Below are positions 21,623-28,359 of a DNA stretch of 32,000 nt, piece after piece (positions within the stretch are counted from its first letter, which is position 1; each line of letters starts with the position of its first letter). The notes beneath the pieces are model-generated. The model was given only the letters and a program-made list of their open reading frames with translations. It ran no database searches and was not told where the DNA came from. A program made the position numbers and the translations under genes. This DNA is from Nostoc punctiforme PCC 73102 (GTDB lineage Bacteria; Cyanobacteriota; Cyanobacteriia; Cyanobacteriales; Nostocaceae), in NCBI RefSeq assembly GCF_000020025.1, contig NC_010628.1, positions 3,240,001-3,272,000 of the forward strand, read 5' to 3'.

Positions 21623-22431
21623 AGCTTGTCACCAGAGATAATGGTCGTCAAGAAAACATAGTTATCGTTGGCTTGATAACGCAGGTCAGATTTCACGACT
21701 TTCATAAATTCCAAATGCCCAACAGTCTGCTGCCCAACCAAGCACCCAGCACTAGCACCATCTACGTGAGCCATATCATAACCCCAGTGCTGGTTAACGG
21801 CGTAGTCACTCCCCTGTACAACGCGATCGCCTGTTCGCATTCCGTCTTTATTTTTATCCCTATACCCGACAATTTCCCCACACTGCACCAAAGCTTCATG
21901 GGTTTTGTGCCACCCTACTCGCCAAGCTTTGTATTGCCCAAAGGCGATTCTGAAAGCGCCATCAGGGTTAAGAGGAGCATTGGTGTATTTTAATCCGGGT
22001 TCGGTGGTGGCTACCCATTTGTGGGCGATCGCGGGGATATTTTTATTTACTACAAGGATTAATCTTAAATCGTTCCACTCGTTCATGGCATCGGCGTTGG
22101 GCGTGCCATCAGGATCGCACCCCTCTGCATACACAATATTAGGGTGATTCTCGTCAATCCAATAGTCTTGAGAAAGCATATACTTGGCGATCTTGCTTGC
22201 AAAATCACCTTTACTCAAATCGAGTTGTGGCTGTGGAAGAGATTTTAGTTGCAGGAGTTCGTCTGTTACTTCAATGCTTTTTGTGATGTGCAAGAGTTCG
22301 GCGATCGCCCCAATGGTTTGTGGACCAACTTTACCGTCAGCCACACCAGAGAGTAATTTTAAATTAATTAGTAGTTGCTGTACTTGCACTGCTAACTTGG
22401 TGTCAGCAGCAATTTCAGAAATAGTTGTCAT
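21619..22431 (-). CDS. Peptidoglycan-binding cell-wall hydrolase (putative endolysin)
   Basis: The N-terminus VQVQQLLINLKLLSGVADGKVGPQTIGAIAEL is a PG_binding_1-type motif. The C-terminal domain has NQHWGYDMAHVDGASAGCLVG, an H...SxGC motif reminiscent of YkuD-type active sites (tentative). Confidence 0.55.
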   Translation of the reverse strand: MTTISEIAADTKLAVQVQQLLINLKLLSGVADGKVGPQTIGAIAELLHITKSIEVTDELLQLKSLPQPQLDLSKGDFASKIAKYMLSQDYWIDENHPNIVYAEGCDPDGTPNADAMNEWNDLRLILVVNKNIPAIAHKWVATTEPGLKYTNAPLNPDGAFRIAFGQYKAWRVGWHKTHEALVQCGEIVGYRDKNKDGMRTGDRVVQGSDYAVNQHWGYDMAHVDGASAGCLVGQQTVGHLEFMKVVKSDLRYQANDNYVFLTTIISGDKL

Positions 22432-22526
22432 ACGCCACCAAGCTTACAATTAACTTGGCGCTCTCCCGCGCTTGCTTGATTGTGGCTTCTGGTATTTTTT
22501 TTTACCACTGCAAGTTCACTGAAAGC

Positions 22527-22554
22527 AAAAAGACAGGGATTTCCCTGTCTTTTG
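22527..22554. terminator. Bidirectional terminator-like hairpin
   Basis: AAAA GACAGGGA tt TCCCTGTC TTTT, downstream of the - strand gene ending at 22739. Confidence 0.55.
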
Positions 22555-22580
22555 GTATTTGTACTGGAATAAGCTAAAAT

Positions 22581-22658
22581 CAATACGCGTAGGCGTTCGC
22601 GCAGCGTCTCGTAGCTTGCCGCCGCAGGCATCGCTTTTACCCTACAAAATGCGTATTG
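22581..22658 (-). repeat. MITE-like small dispersed repeat, copy B (with 8-bp terminal inverted repeats)
   Basis: CAATACGC (22581-22588) ... GCGTATTG (22651-22658). The reverse complement aligns with copy C through GCGATGCCTGCGGCGG and CTACGAGACGCTGCGCGA(A/T)CGCCT. It creates the spurious ORF 22428-22631 (..YETLRERLR..). Confidence 0.7.
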
Positions 22659-22738
22659 TGGGCGGACAGGGATCGCCCTAAAGATTCCTTACCTGCCCCA
22701 TCGGGACATGACACAGATATTGACTATTTCGGCATCAC

Positions 22739-22933
22739 CTAATCCAGTGGTTTCTGGTGAATTGTAGCTTCTACAACTTCTATTAATTTGTGAGCAATAT
22801 TCCTGATAAAGATAATTCTTGGGTGTTGGCTATTAAGCAAAATCTCTTCATCTGTTGTGTAACCATAATGCTTGGCTTGAATCGTTAAAAAGCTTATTAA
22901 CAAATCCTCTTTTTGCTTGTAGCTGAATTTCAT
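22739..22933 (-). CDS. Hypothetical small protein
   Basis: 64 aa, with an ATGA overlap onto the HAD gene. Confidence 0.5.
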   Translation of the reverse strand: MKFSYKQKEDLLISFLTIQAKHYGYTTDEEILLNSQHPRIIFIRNIAHKLIEVVEATIHQKPLD

Positions 22934-23481
22934 GAATCACCTCCAAATTCTTTGCGCCAATTTTCAGCCCACATGAATTTGCATTCCATAGCCGAAGCAC
23001 ATTCCAAATCTTCAGGGCGATCGCCCACCATAACCATCTCCTCAACATCTTCACCACCATCCTCTACAAACAGTTTCACAAGTTTAAGCATTCCTGCATT
23101 TGGTTTGCGAAATTCCCCAATTAATTGCATTTCTCTATCACTAGTTTCGTAGGCATCAAACTGAGAAACTTTCCAGCAATCGTTACCTTCAAAATCGGGA
23201 CAAAAATAAATTGCTGTTAATTGGGGCAGTAGTTCAAGGGTGAATTGCATCTCAGCGATAGTGCCCTCAATTGTTTTGCGAGGTTTACCTGTTTCTGGAT
23301 TAATTGCAGCACATCCGCCTTGATTAGAGATTCCCACAATTAGCCATCCCAACGCAGCAAAGTGCGCGATCGCCTTATCTGCACCATCAATTATTTTTAC
23401 ATCAGTTGGCGACTGCTTAAAAGTGTGTCCACTGATGGTTTCTGTTAAAGTTCCGTCAATATCGACAAATAAAATGTTCAT
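22930..23481 (-). CDS. HAD-IIIA family phosphatase (GmhB / HisB-N / polynucleotide 3'-phosphatase-like)
   Basis: All four HAD motifs are present: FVDIDGTL, VGISNQGG, FRKPNAGM, MVGDRPEDLE. Confidence 0.75.
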   Translation of the reverse strand: MNILFVDIDGTLTETISGHTFKQSPTDVKIIDGADKAIAHFAALGWLIVGISNQGGCAAINPETGKPRKTIEGTIAEMQFTLELLPQLTAIYFCPDFEGNDCWKVSQFDAYETSDREMQLIGEFRKPNAGMLKLVKLFVEDGGEDVEEMVMVGDRPEDLECASAMECKFMWAENWRKEFGGDS

Positions 23482-23577
23482 CCTATTAACCTCAGTAGCT
23501 ATAAAACAACACGAATTTTAAACTTTAAAAGAAAAACCCACAGATGATAAATATTAGCCTCATCAAAAAACTTTGAT

Positions 23578-24177
23578 TCAGGAGGGAATACCTCCAGCGC
23601 AACTATCAGACGGAAAAATTGAAGCAGGAGTAATATTGATTGGCGTTAACAAATCCGAATAATTACGTAAAATGCCTCCAATTGTAACTGTCTTTACATT
23701 AGGTACTCTTTGAGATAATTGCAAAATAACTGCTTCATTTGAGCAATATTTCGCAGATTCAGATATTAAACCTATCAATAAATCTTGCTCAGGGTTTAAT
23801 CTTTTTACACTTACAGTTGGACTATAGTCAACCCTTAAAGACCGCTGCCACACTTCAGCCCATTTCTTTTGCGATAAATACCCGTGACCAAAATACGAAG
23901 CTTTCACTATCATTAAAATATGAAAGCAAGGGCGAATATTACCACCACATCTTTGAGTCACCTCAACAAACTTAATCCACCCTATTCCTGGGAAAATTTT
24001 AAGCTTAACTAACCTACGAAGTGATTCGTTCATCAAATCTAAAGTTGTTCGTAACAATTCATCGGATGAACAGTCATTCGCCAGAAGAGTCAAAGATACC
24101 CACCGCGCATTGGAATAATCAGCCAAAATCTGAGGTAAAATTCTATAAATTTTATTTTTTGCATGAGACTTTACCAA
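23578..24177 (-). CDS. Rolling-circle replication initiator-like protein (pC194/pUB110 Rep_1 type), N-terminally short with a non-ATG start; possibly a pseudogene
   Basis: Motif 1 WVSLTLLAND (compare FLTLTxxN). Motif 2 RPCFHILMIV (compare HPHFHVLI, with Cys in place of the first His). YF..GYLSQKKWAEVWQRSLRVDYSPTVSVKRL. Motif 3 ESAKYCSN (compare ExxKYxxK). The only possible starts are TTG 24177 or CTG 24180. It is in the same frame as the upstream ORF, separated from it by TAG-GAA-TAA. Confidence 0.55.
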   Translation of the reverse strand: MVKSHAKNKIYRILPQILADYSNARWVSLTLLANDCSSDELLRTTLDLMNESLRRLVKLKIFPGIGWIKFVEVTQRCGGNIRPCFHILMIVKASYFGHGYLSQKKWAEVWQRSLRVDYSPTVSVKRLNPEQDLLIGLISESAKYCSNEAVILQLSQRVPNVKTVTIGGILRNYSDLLTPINITPASIFPSDSCAGGIPS

Positions 24178-24189
24178 CAGCGTTTATTC

Positions 24190-24732
24190 CTATTTTTTGC
24201 TAACCAGCCATTCTTTTTTATGGTCGCCAATCATGAGAAAAACAAAGTTCCCATACCTAAAATAACCATCTTTGCAAGTCGGTAATCTTTTGTAATCTAA
24301 TATTTTTAACACAACGTCTCTTGGTAAAATTACTCTGCCAGATGACATCTTCTCCAAGAAAGCATAACCAGCAAGCCATTTAGCTAGCCTTGGCAGGTTT
24401 TCATACTCACAAGTAATATACAGCAAGTCAACTGTAGTCAGAGGGAATAATCCTGTGCTTTCTGCTAATTCCATCTGTTCACTTTTAATTGAATCAGTTG
24501 GATGGATTGATTGGATGGATTGATTGGATGATTGATTAATTGGATAGTTTAATTCATGGGCGGATCTATCCAAAACACCTAATTGGTACATTCTAATGAA
24601 AGTCTTGCGTCCTTCCTTGAAACTATTCACACCAGCATTTTCAAGAAATTTGTTTAAGGTTGTACGGCTTTTAATGCCGTAACGAAGCATAACGTCTTCA
24701 GTGCTGACTGACTGTAAATCTAAAGTATCCAT
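24190..24732 (-). CDS. HTH-containing hypothetical protein upstream of (and in frame with) the Rep-like ORF
   Basis: The track start at 24744 is GTG; an ATG is at 24732 (MDTLDLQSVSTEDVMLRYGIKSRTTLNKFLENAGV, HTH-like). Contains a Q/S/N low-complexity linker encoded by a 13-bp tandem repeat. Confidence 0.55.
   Translation of the reverse strand: MDTLDLQSVSTEDVMLRYGIKSRTTLNKFLENAGVNSFKEGRKTFIRMYQLGVLDRSAHELNYPINQSSNQSIQSIHPTDSIKSEQMELAESTGLFPLTTVDLLYITCEYENLPRLAKWLAGYAFLEKMSSGRVILPRDVVLKILDYKRLPTCKDGYFRYGNFVFLMIGDHKKEWLVSKK
24498..24535. repeat. Imperfect 13-bp tandem repeat inside a CDS (TTGGATGGATTGA x2 + TTGGATGATTGA)
   Basis: Read directly from the sequence. It encodes NQSSNQSIQSIHP on the - strand. 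Confidence 0.8.
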
Positions 24733-24753
24733 CCATTCATCCACCCAGTTAGT

Positions 24754-25665
24754 TTATCGTGTTTTGTGAATATCTGGAAATTTTCTCACTTGTAAATCTT
24801 CTGGAAACTCTGAAATATCGCCACCTTTGCGATCGCTCGTTTTAAATTGGTAATCGGTGCTTGGTACGCCAGCGATATAAGGCAATGATTCGATACAATT
24901 ACTGCCCAACTGTTTTACAAAAACTGGAACCTCAGCAGCTTGACACTGCCTAGTAAGCGATCGCACCCAGTCGATGTGGCAAACTCTTGCATCTTTCCCT
25001 GACTCACCACCAACGATGACCCAATCTGGTGATGATTCCCACCTTGACCCTACTTTTAAGGCAAATTTACCTTCCTCATATTCATACAGCCCAAATACCT
25101 CAGATAAATCGATTTCTTCTAAAAGCGGTTCACAACTAAGAAAACGCACCTTAGCAGGAATTTGCAATAGAATAGGAATGCGTTTGTCTGCCATTTCTTG
25201 ATTTTCACAAGTTACTCCAAACCACACATTTTTAAGTGGGAGTTCTGGCTTACAAACTAGATTTCCAGCATCTTTAATTCTTTGCGCTAAATTAAAATTC
25301 TGAAAATACTTCAGAGCGTTCAATGGACGTTTAGTTAAAACCTGGAATATGTGCCAGTGCGCTGCTGCCATTATTCCGAAAACGCGATCGCGCCACTGGT
25401 CTGGCACGTTTTCATGGAATAAATCGCTCATTGAGCAAACAAATATTCGTTTAGGCTTCTTCCATGACAAAGGCTTGAGTAGTGCCGATTCTGCAAATTC
25501 TACAGTTCCATTCCAATCTTTTACTTTTTGGTATTGTGGAAATTGTTGCAGTCTTGCGGATGCTGCTGCTGTGGATGCATAGCAATTTTGACATCCTGCG
25601 GAAATGCGAGAACACCCAACTATCGGGTTAATAGTCTCATCTGTCCAAGAAATATTTGTACTCAT
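24754..25665 (-). CDS. Phage Gp37/Gp68 family protein (DUF5131)
   Basis: The N-terminus TNISWTDETINPIVGCSRISAGCQNCYAS, FVCSMSDLFHE, FQVLTKRP, WFGVTCENQ, FLSCEPLLE and DWVIVGGESG form the characteristic pattern of this family. Confidence 0.8.
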   Translation of the reverse strand: MSTNISWTDETINPIVGCSRISAGCQNCYASTAAASARLQQFPQYQKVKDWNGTVEFAESALLKPLSWKKPKRIFVCSMSDLFHENVPDQWRDRVFGIMAAAHWHIFQVLTKRPLNALKYFQNFNLAQRIKDAGNLVCKPELPLKNVWFGVTCENQEMADKRIPILLQIPAKVRFLSCEPLLEEIDLSEVFGLYEYEEGKFALKVGSRWESSPDWVIVGGESGKDARVCHIDWVRSLTRQCQAAEVPVFVKQLGSNCIESLPYIAGVPSTDYQFKTSDRKGGDISEFPEDLQVRKFPDIHKTR

Positions 25666-25768
25666 TTTTCTTCTTTAACTAAGTATTATTTGCTGCATCT
25701 TCATCAAGGCATCGACTAACCCATCGATAGACTGCATCAGATTCACTCATCCCTTGAGCGATCGCCCT

Positions 25769-25848
25769 TAATACATTTTGTTCGTAAGAGGCGATGCCTG
25801 CGGCGGGCTTCTCTACGAGACGCTGCGCGATCGCCTGCGCCTATCGAC
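25769..25848 (+). repeat. MITE-like small dispersed repeat, copy C
   Basis: taatacattttgttcgtaagaggcGATGCCTGCGGCGGgcttctCTACGAGACGCTGCGCGATCGCCTgcgcctatcgac. It creates the N-terminus of the spurious ORF 25778-26122 (..YETLRDRLR..). Intergenic. Confidence 0.7.
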
Positions 25849-25889
25849 CTCTCATCATCCTCTTGAAAAGGCGATCGCTGTATCCTGTG

Positions 25890-26582
25890 CTAGACATCAA
25901 AATTTTTCTGCAACTTCCCTACAAAATCCAACAATTCTGCATCAGTTAAAAGGCTTCGCCCTACCTTGCTATAATTTTTTAACAGGTATTCTTTGCCTTG
26001 AGAAGCGCTCCAGTTCAAGTCAGCAATCAGGCGATCGCTCTCTGCTAGTAACGTTTCTCGTGAGGCTTTTGGTGGTTGGCTCTTTACCAAAGAGGGGGGA
26101 GCGTTATTACCCTCAAGCCTAGCTTTAGTATCCTGGATAATTCCCGCCCAGTCAGCGCTAGGGTTCCATTCTGCTTTTACTCTAGATTTAGTCGTCGCGT
26201 CATAAACGCGACAAAAAACCACGTTTTCTTCACCAGCAGCGCAGCCAATAATTAGAGGTTTAGTAAGGTCTTCAACGAGGGCGATCGCAAGTAGAAATGT
26301 TTTTGCAAAGTTGGTTTCAACGCCAGTACGGATAATATAGGTTTCGTTGGAGTTAATAACGATATCAAGCTTGACGTTTTCTTTGCCCTTGAACTCCCTA
26401 GATGTTAACCGCAACTCCGATAAATAGCCGCACAGCCCCGTATTGTATTCGGGCGTTATTTTTTCTTTGTCAAAGTCGTAGTAGTACCATGTGTAACCGT
26501 TGCCTTCCATCTCTCCACTTTTGATGTAGAGATATATTGGTTCAGGCGCTTTACAAAACCCTAATTTAATTTCAGTCGTCAT
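25890..26582 (-). CDS. Hypothetical protein
   Basis: 230 aa, ATG start, within the early leftward operon. No motif recognised. Confidence 0.6.
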   Translation of the reverse strand: MTTEIKLGFCKAPEPIYLYIKSGEMEGNGYTWYYYDFDKEKITPEYNTGLCGYLSELRLTSREFKGKENVKLDIVINSNETYIIRTGVETNFAKTFLLAIALVEDLTKPLIIGCAAGEENVVFCRVYDATTKSRVKAEWNPSADWAGIIQDTKARLEGNNAPPSLVKSQPPKASRETLLAESDRLIADLNWSASQGKEYLLKNYSKVGRSLLTDAELLDFVGKLQKNFDV

Positions 26583-26653
26583 ACTTTTTTAAACTCCACA
26601 ATCCATAGGACGGGTGCGATCGCCAATTGAGTTAAAAAGCGATCGCCCTTGAA

Positions 26654-27244
26654 TCAAGAAAGTTGTTCCATCAACAAACCTATTTCTATTACTTGATTTT
26701 CTAGAAGTTCATTGCTGACAACAAACTGTTCATAATTGAAAAGCAAGTCTTTATAAAATTCGTACTGCTCTTTTCCCCATAGTTCAGGGGATTGAGAGTA
26801 ACACCTAATATTGTGCAATTTGTCAGCAATACTGACTCGAATTGCTGAGTTAGAAAAGCAGCAAACTGATTCAATATAACGGGACTTGCGCTCTTTTTTG
26901 GGAAGCGCTTTATCCTCACTCAACTCTTGGACAATTTTGCAAACATTTTCCCCAAATTTTTCAATGATTAACCGGGGTTCAACCTGGACATCCTCAATTG
27001 CATCGTGAAGGAGAGCAGCGATCGCCTCATCCTCATTTCCACCAGCTTCTAATACCAAACTGGCAACTGCTAGTAAATGCGAAATGTAAGGTGCTTTTGT
27101 ACCACCTTTGCGGACTTGATGAAGGTGCGCTTGATGAGCGAATACTAAGGCTTCGGAGAAGCGATTTGTGAGAATTGGTGAATCAGTGAAATTTGCCATA
27201 TTATGTTTGAATTTGAATAGTTGTGTTGAGCGTAGCAGAAACAT
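26654..27244 (-). CDS. HD-domain small alarmone hydrolase (SpoT/RelA-type (p)ppGpp hydrolase domain only)
   Basis: ALVFAHQAHLHQVRKGGTKAPYISHLLAVASLVLEAGGNEDEAIAALLHDAIEDV matches the H..Q.R..G.PYI.H...VA......G.D...I.AALLHD..ED signature. An alternative ATG lies at 27199. Confidence 0.75.
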   Translation of the reverse strand: MFLLRSTQLFKFKHNMANFTDSPILTNRFSEALVFAHQAHLHQVRKGGTKAPYISHLLAVASLVLEAGGNEDEAIAALLHDAIEDVQVEPRLIIEKFGENVCKIVQELSEDKALPKKERKSRYIESVCCFSNSAIRVSIADKLHNIRCYSQSPELWGKEQYEFYKDLLFNYEQFVVSNELLENQVIEIGLLMEQLS

Positions 27245-27250
27245 ACGGTT

Positions 27251-27287
27251 TAGTGAGATCGCCCGTTTTAAAAGGGCGATCTCACTA
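27251..27287. terminator. Perfect 14-bp-stem hairpin between two co-directional genes (terminator/attenuator or RNA processing site)
   Basis: TAGTGAGATCGCCC (27251-27264) gttttaaaa GGGCGATCTCACTA (27274-27287). There is no clear U-run on the - strand, so the terminator function is uncertain. Confidence 0.35.
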
Positions 27288-27290
27288 GAC

Positions 27291-28175
27291 TCAGGAAAGT
27301 TGTTTCATTAATTGTTTTTTAAATCTAGTTCCACTTCCCAAACAAGGGCCGCAATCTGGCCCACCATTATTTTGGGGCGTATATTCTGCAACGGCAGTGC
27401 ATTCTACATCTCGCCTACCATCACCCCTGTTGCAGATTTCCTTGGCATGGATAGGCATCATACATTGGGCGACTAGAGCTATACCTAGTGCTGCCGATGC
27501 ACAAAACTTCATGATGCTCATGCTCACAAGGGGCTTTTGGCAAACGAGTAGCGCCGATTCATGCAAATCCGCCACTGCTTCTTGGGGAGTGGCAAACGTA
27601 GTGAAGCTTTGATTATGCTCCCAAAAACACTGCCAAGTCATTTTGATTTCGCCCATTGGAATGCCATCATCAAGCACGTTCCAAGCGGCGACGTAATCAC
27701 CACCAACCTGAATGCATCGAAGTAAATAATTACCTATAAAATGGCTATCCCCAACTTTGGGCTGATTGTCCGCTGGCAAATCTTCATGGAATAAGTAATC
27801 ATCAACCTGCTCCGGTTGAGGGCTTGGCAAGGTTCCCTGCTTATAATGCCAGCGCACGTAATCATAGCAGCGTGCCCAGGTAGCGTTACGGTGTACCTCT
27901 ACTCCTTCGATTTTGACTACCCAAGGCTGGGTTAATTCTTCGTCATTGGTGATGGTGGCGATCGCCTTCCCTTCAACCAAACAGGTATCGCCATCCATTT
28001 CTACTAATGGTTTCGGCGCAACAACTGGTTGAGGCTGTTTAGCTAAAATCGCTTCAATCCAAGATTGCTTAAGGCGCTTGTCTTGGGCTGCTGCACCTAA
28101 TTGGGAGGCGATCGCCTTTAATTCTTGGAGGGTTTTGCCTTCTAACCGTTGCTGTGTATAAAGATGCTGTGTCAT
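27291..28175 (-). CDS. Hypothetical protein with an N-terminal Rho_N/SAP-like motif and a C-terminal signal-peptide-like plus Cys-rich tail
   Basis: The track ORF is trimmed to the ATG at 28175 (MTQHLYTQQRLEGKTLQELKAIASQLGAAAQDKRLKQSWIEAIL). The C-terminal 76 aa are MSIMKFCASAALGIALVAQCMMPIHAKE...PDCGPCLGSGTRF. Confidence 0.6.
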   Translation of the reverse strand: MTQHLYTQQRLEGKTLQELKAIASQLGAAAQDKRLKQSWIEAILAKQPQPVVAPKPLVEMDGDTCLVEGKAIATITNDEELTQPWVVKIEGVEVHRNATWARCYDYVRWHYKQGTLPSPQPEQVDDYLFHEDLPADNQPKVGDSHFIGNYLLRCIQVGGDYVAAWNVLDDGIPMGEIKMTWQCFWEHNQSFTTFATPQEAVADLHESALLVCQKPLVSMSIMKFCASAALGIALVAQCMMPIHAKEICNRGDGRRDVECTAVAEYTPQNNGGPDCGPCLGSGTRFKKQLMKQLS

Positions 28176-28267
28176 GATAGTTTGTACCTGATGTTTGTAT
28201 AAGGTTCCAAGAGGCGATTGCGTGCCGTGGTAAGTAGGCGATCGCCTTTTTGGTTGTCTGTATCTAA

Positions 28268-28322
28268 TGTAATGCCACAATCATGCTACTGTCAATACCA
28301 AAAGCATTACACTTGTCATTAC
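28268..28322. promoter_or_regulatory. Candidate operators in a divergent promoter region: TGTAATGC / GCATTACA inverted repeat plus a third half-site
   Basis: TGTAATGC at 28268-28275 and GCATTACA at 28304-28311 (8-bp arms, 28-bp spacer). GTCATTAC at 28315-28322. The sites lie between the divergent starts at 28175 (-) and 28360 (+). Confidence 0.45.
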
Positions 28323-28359
28323 GTTCAGATATTGCTAATTTGAGGGTATTGATAAGGGT

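Noticed and set aside
22428-22631. ORF 22428-22631 (-) and ORF 25778-26122 (+)
   Set aside because: Both are seeded by copies of the same dispersed repeat (shared peptide YETLRxRLR). The second also runs antisense into gene 25890-26582. They are repeat artefacts.
21049-25719. + strand ORFs antisense to the FHA, hydrolase, HAD, Rep-like, HTH and DUF5131 genes (21049-21255, 21673-22453, 22913-23152, 23739-24203, 24974-25719), plus the - strand out-of-frame ORF 22848-23060 overlapping the HAD gene and the 64-aa gene
   Set aside because: They are shadow ORFs opposite or nested within motif-bearing - strand genes.
25684-25755. Tiny - strand ORF MSESDAVYRWVSRCLDEDAANNT upstream of the DUF5131 gene
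   Set aside because: At only 23 codons with no supporting signal, it cannot be distinguished from chance.
28176-28280. 35-codon N-terminal extension of ORF 27291-28280
   Set aside because: The extension (MWHYIRYRQPKRRSPTYHGTQ...) covers the operator-like intergenic region and contains a HIP1 site. The ATG at 28175 gives the SAP/Rho_N-like start.
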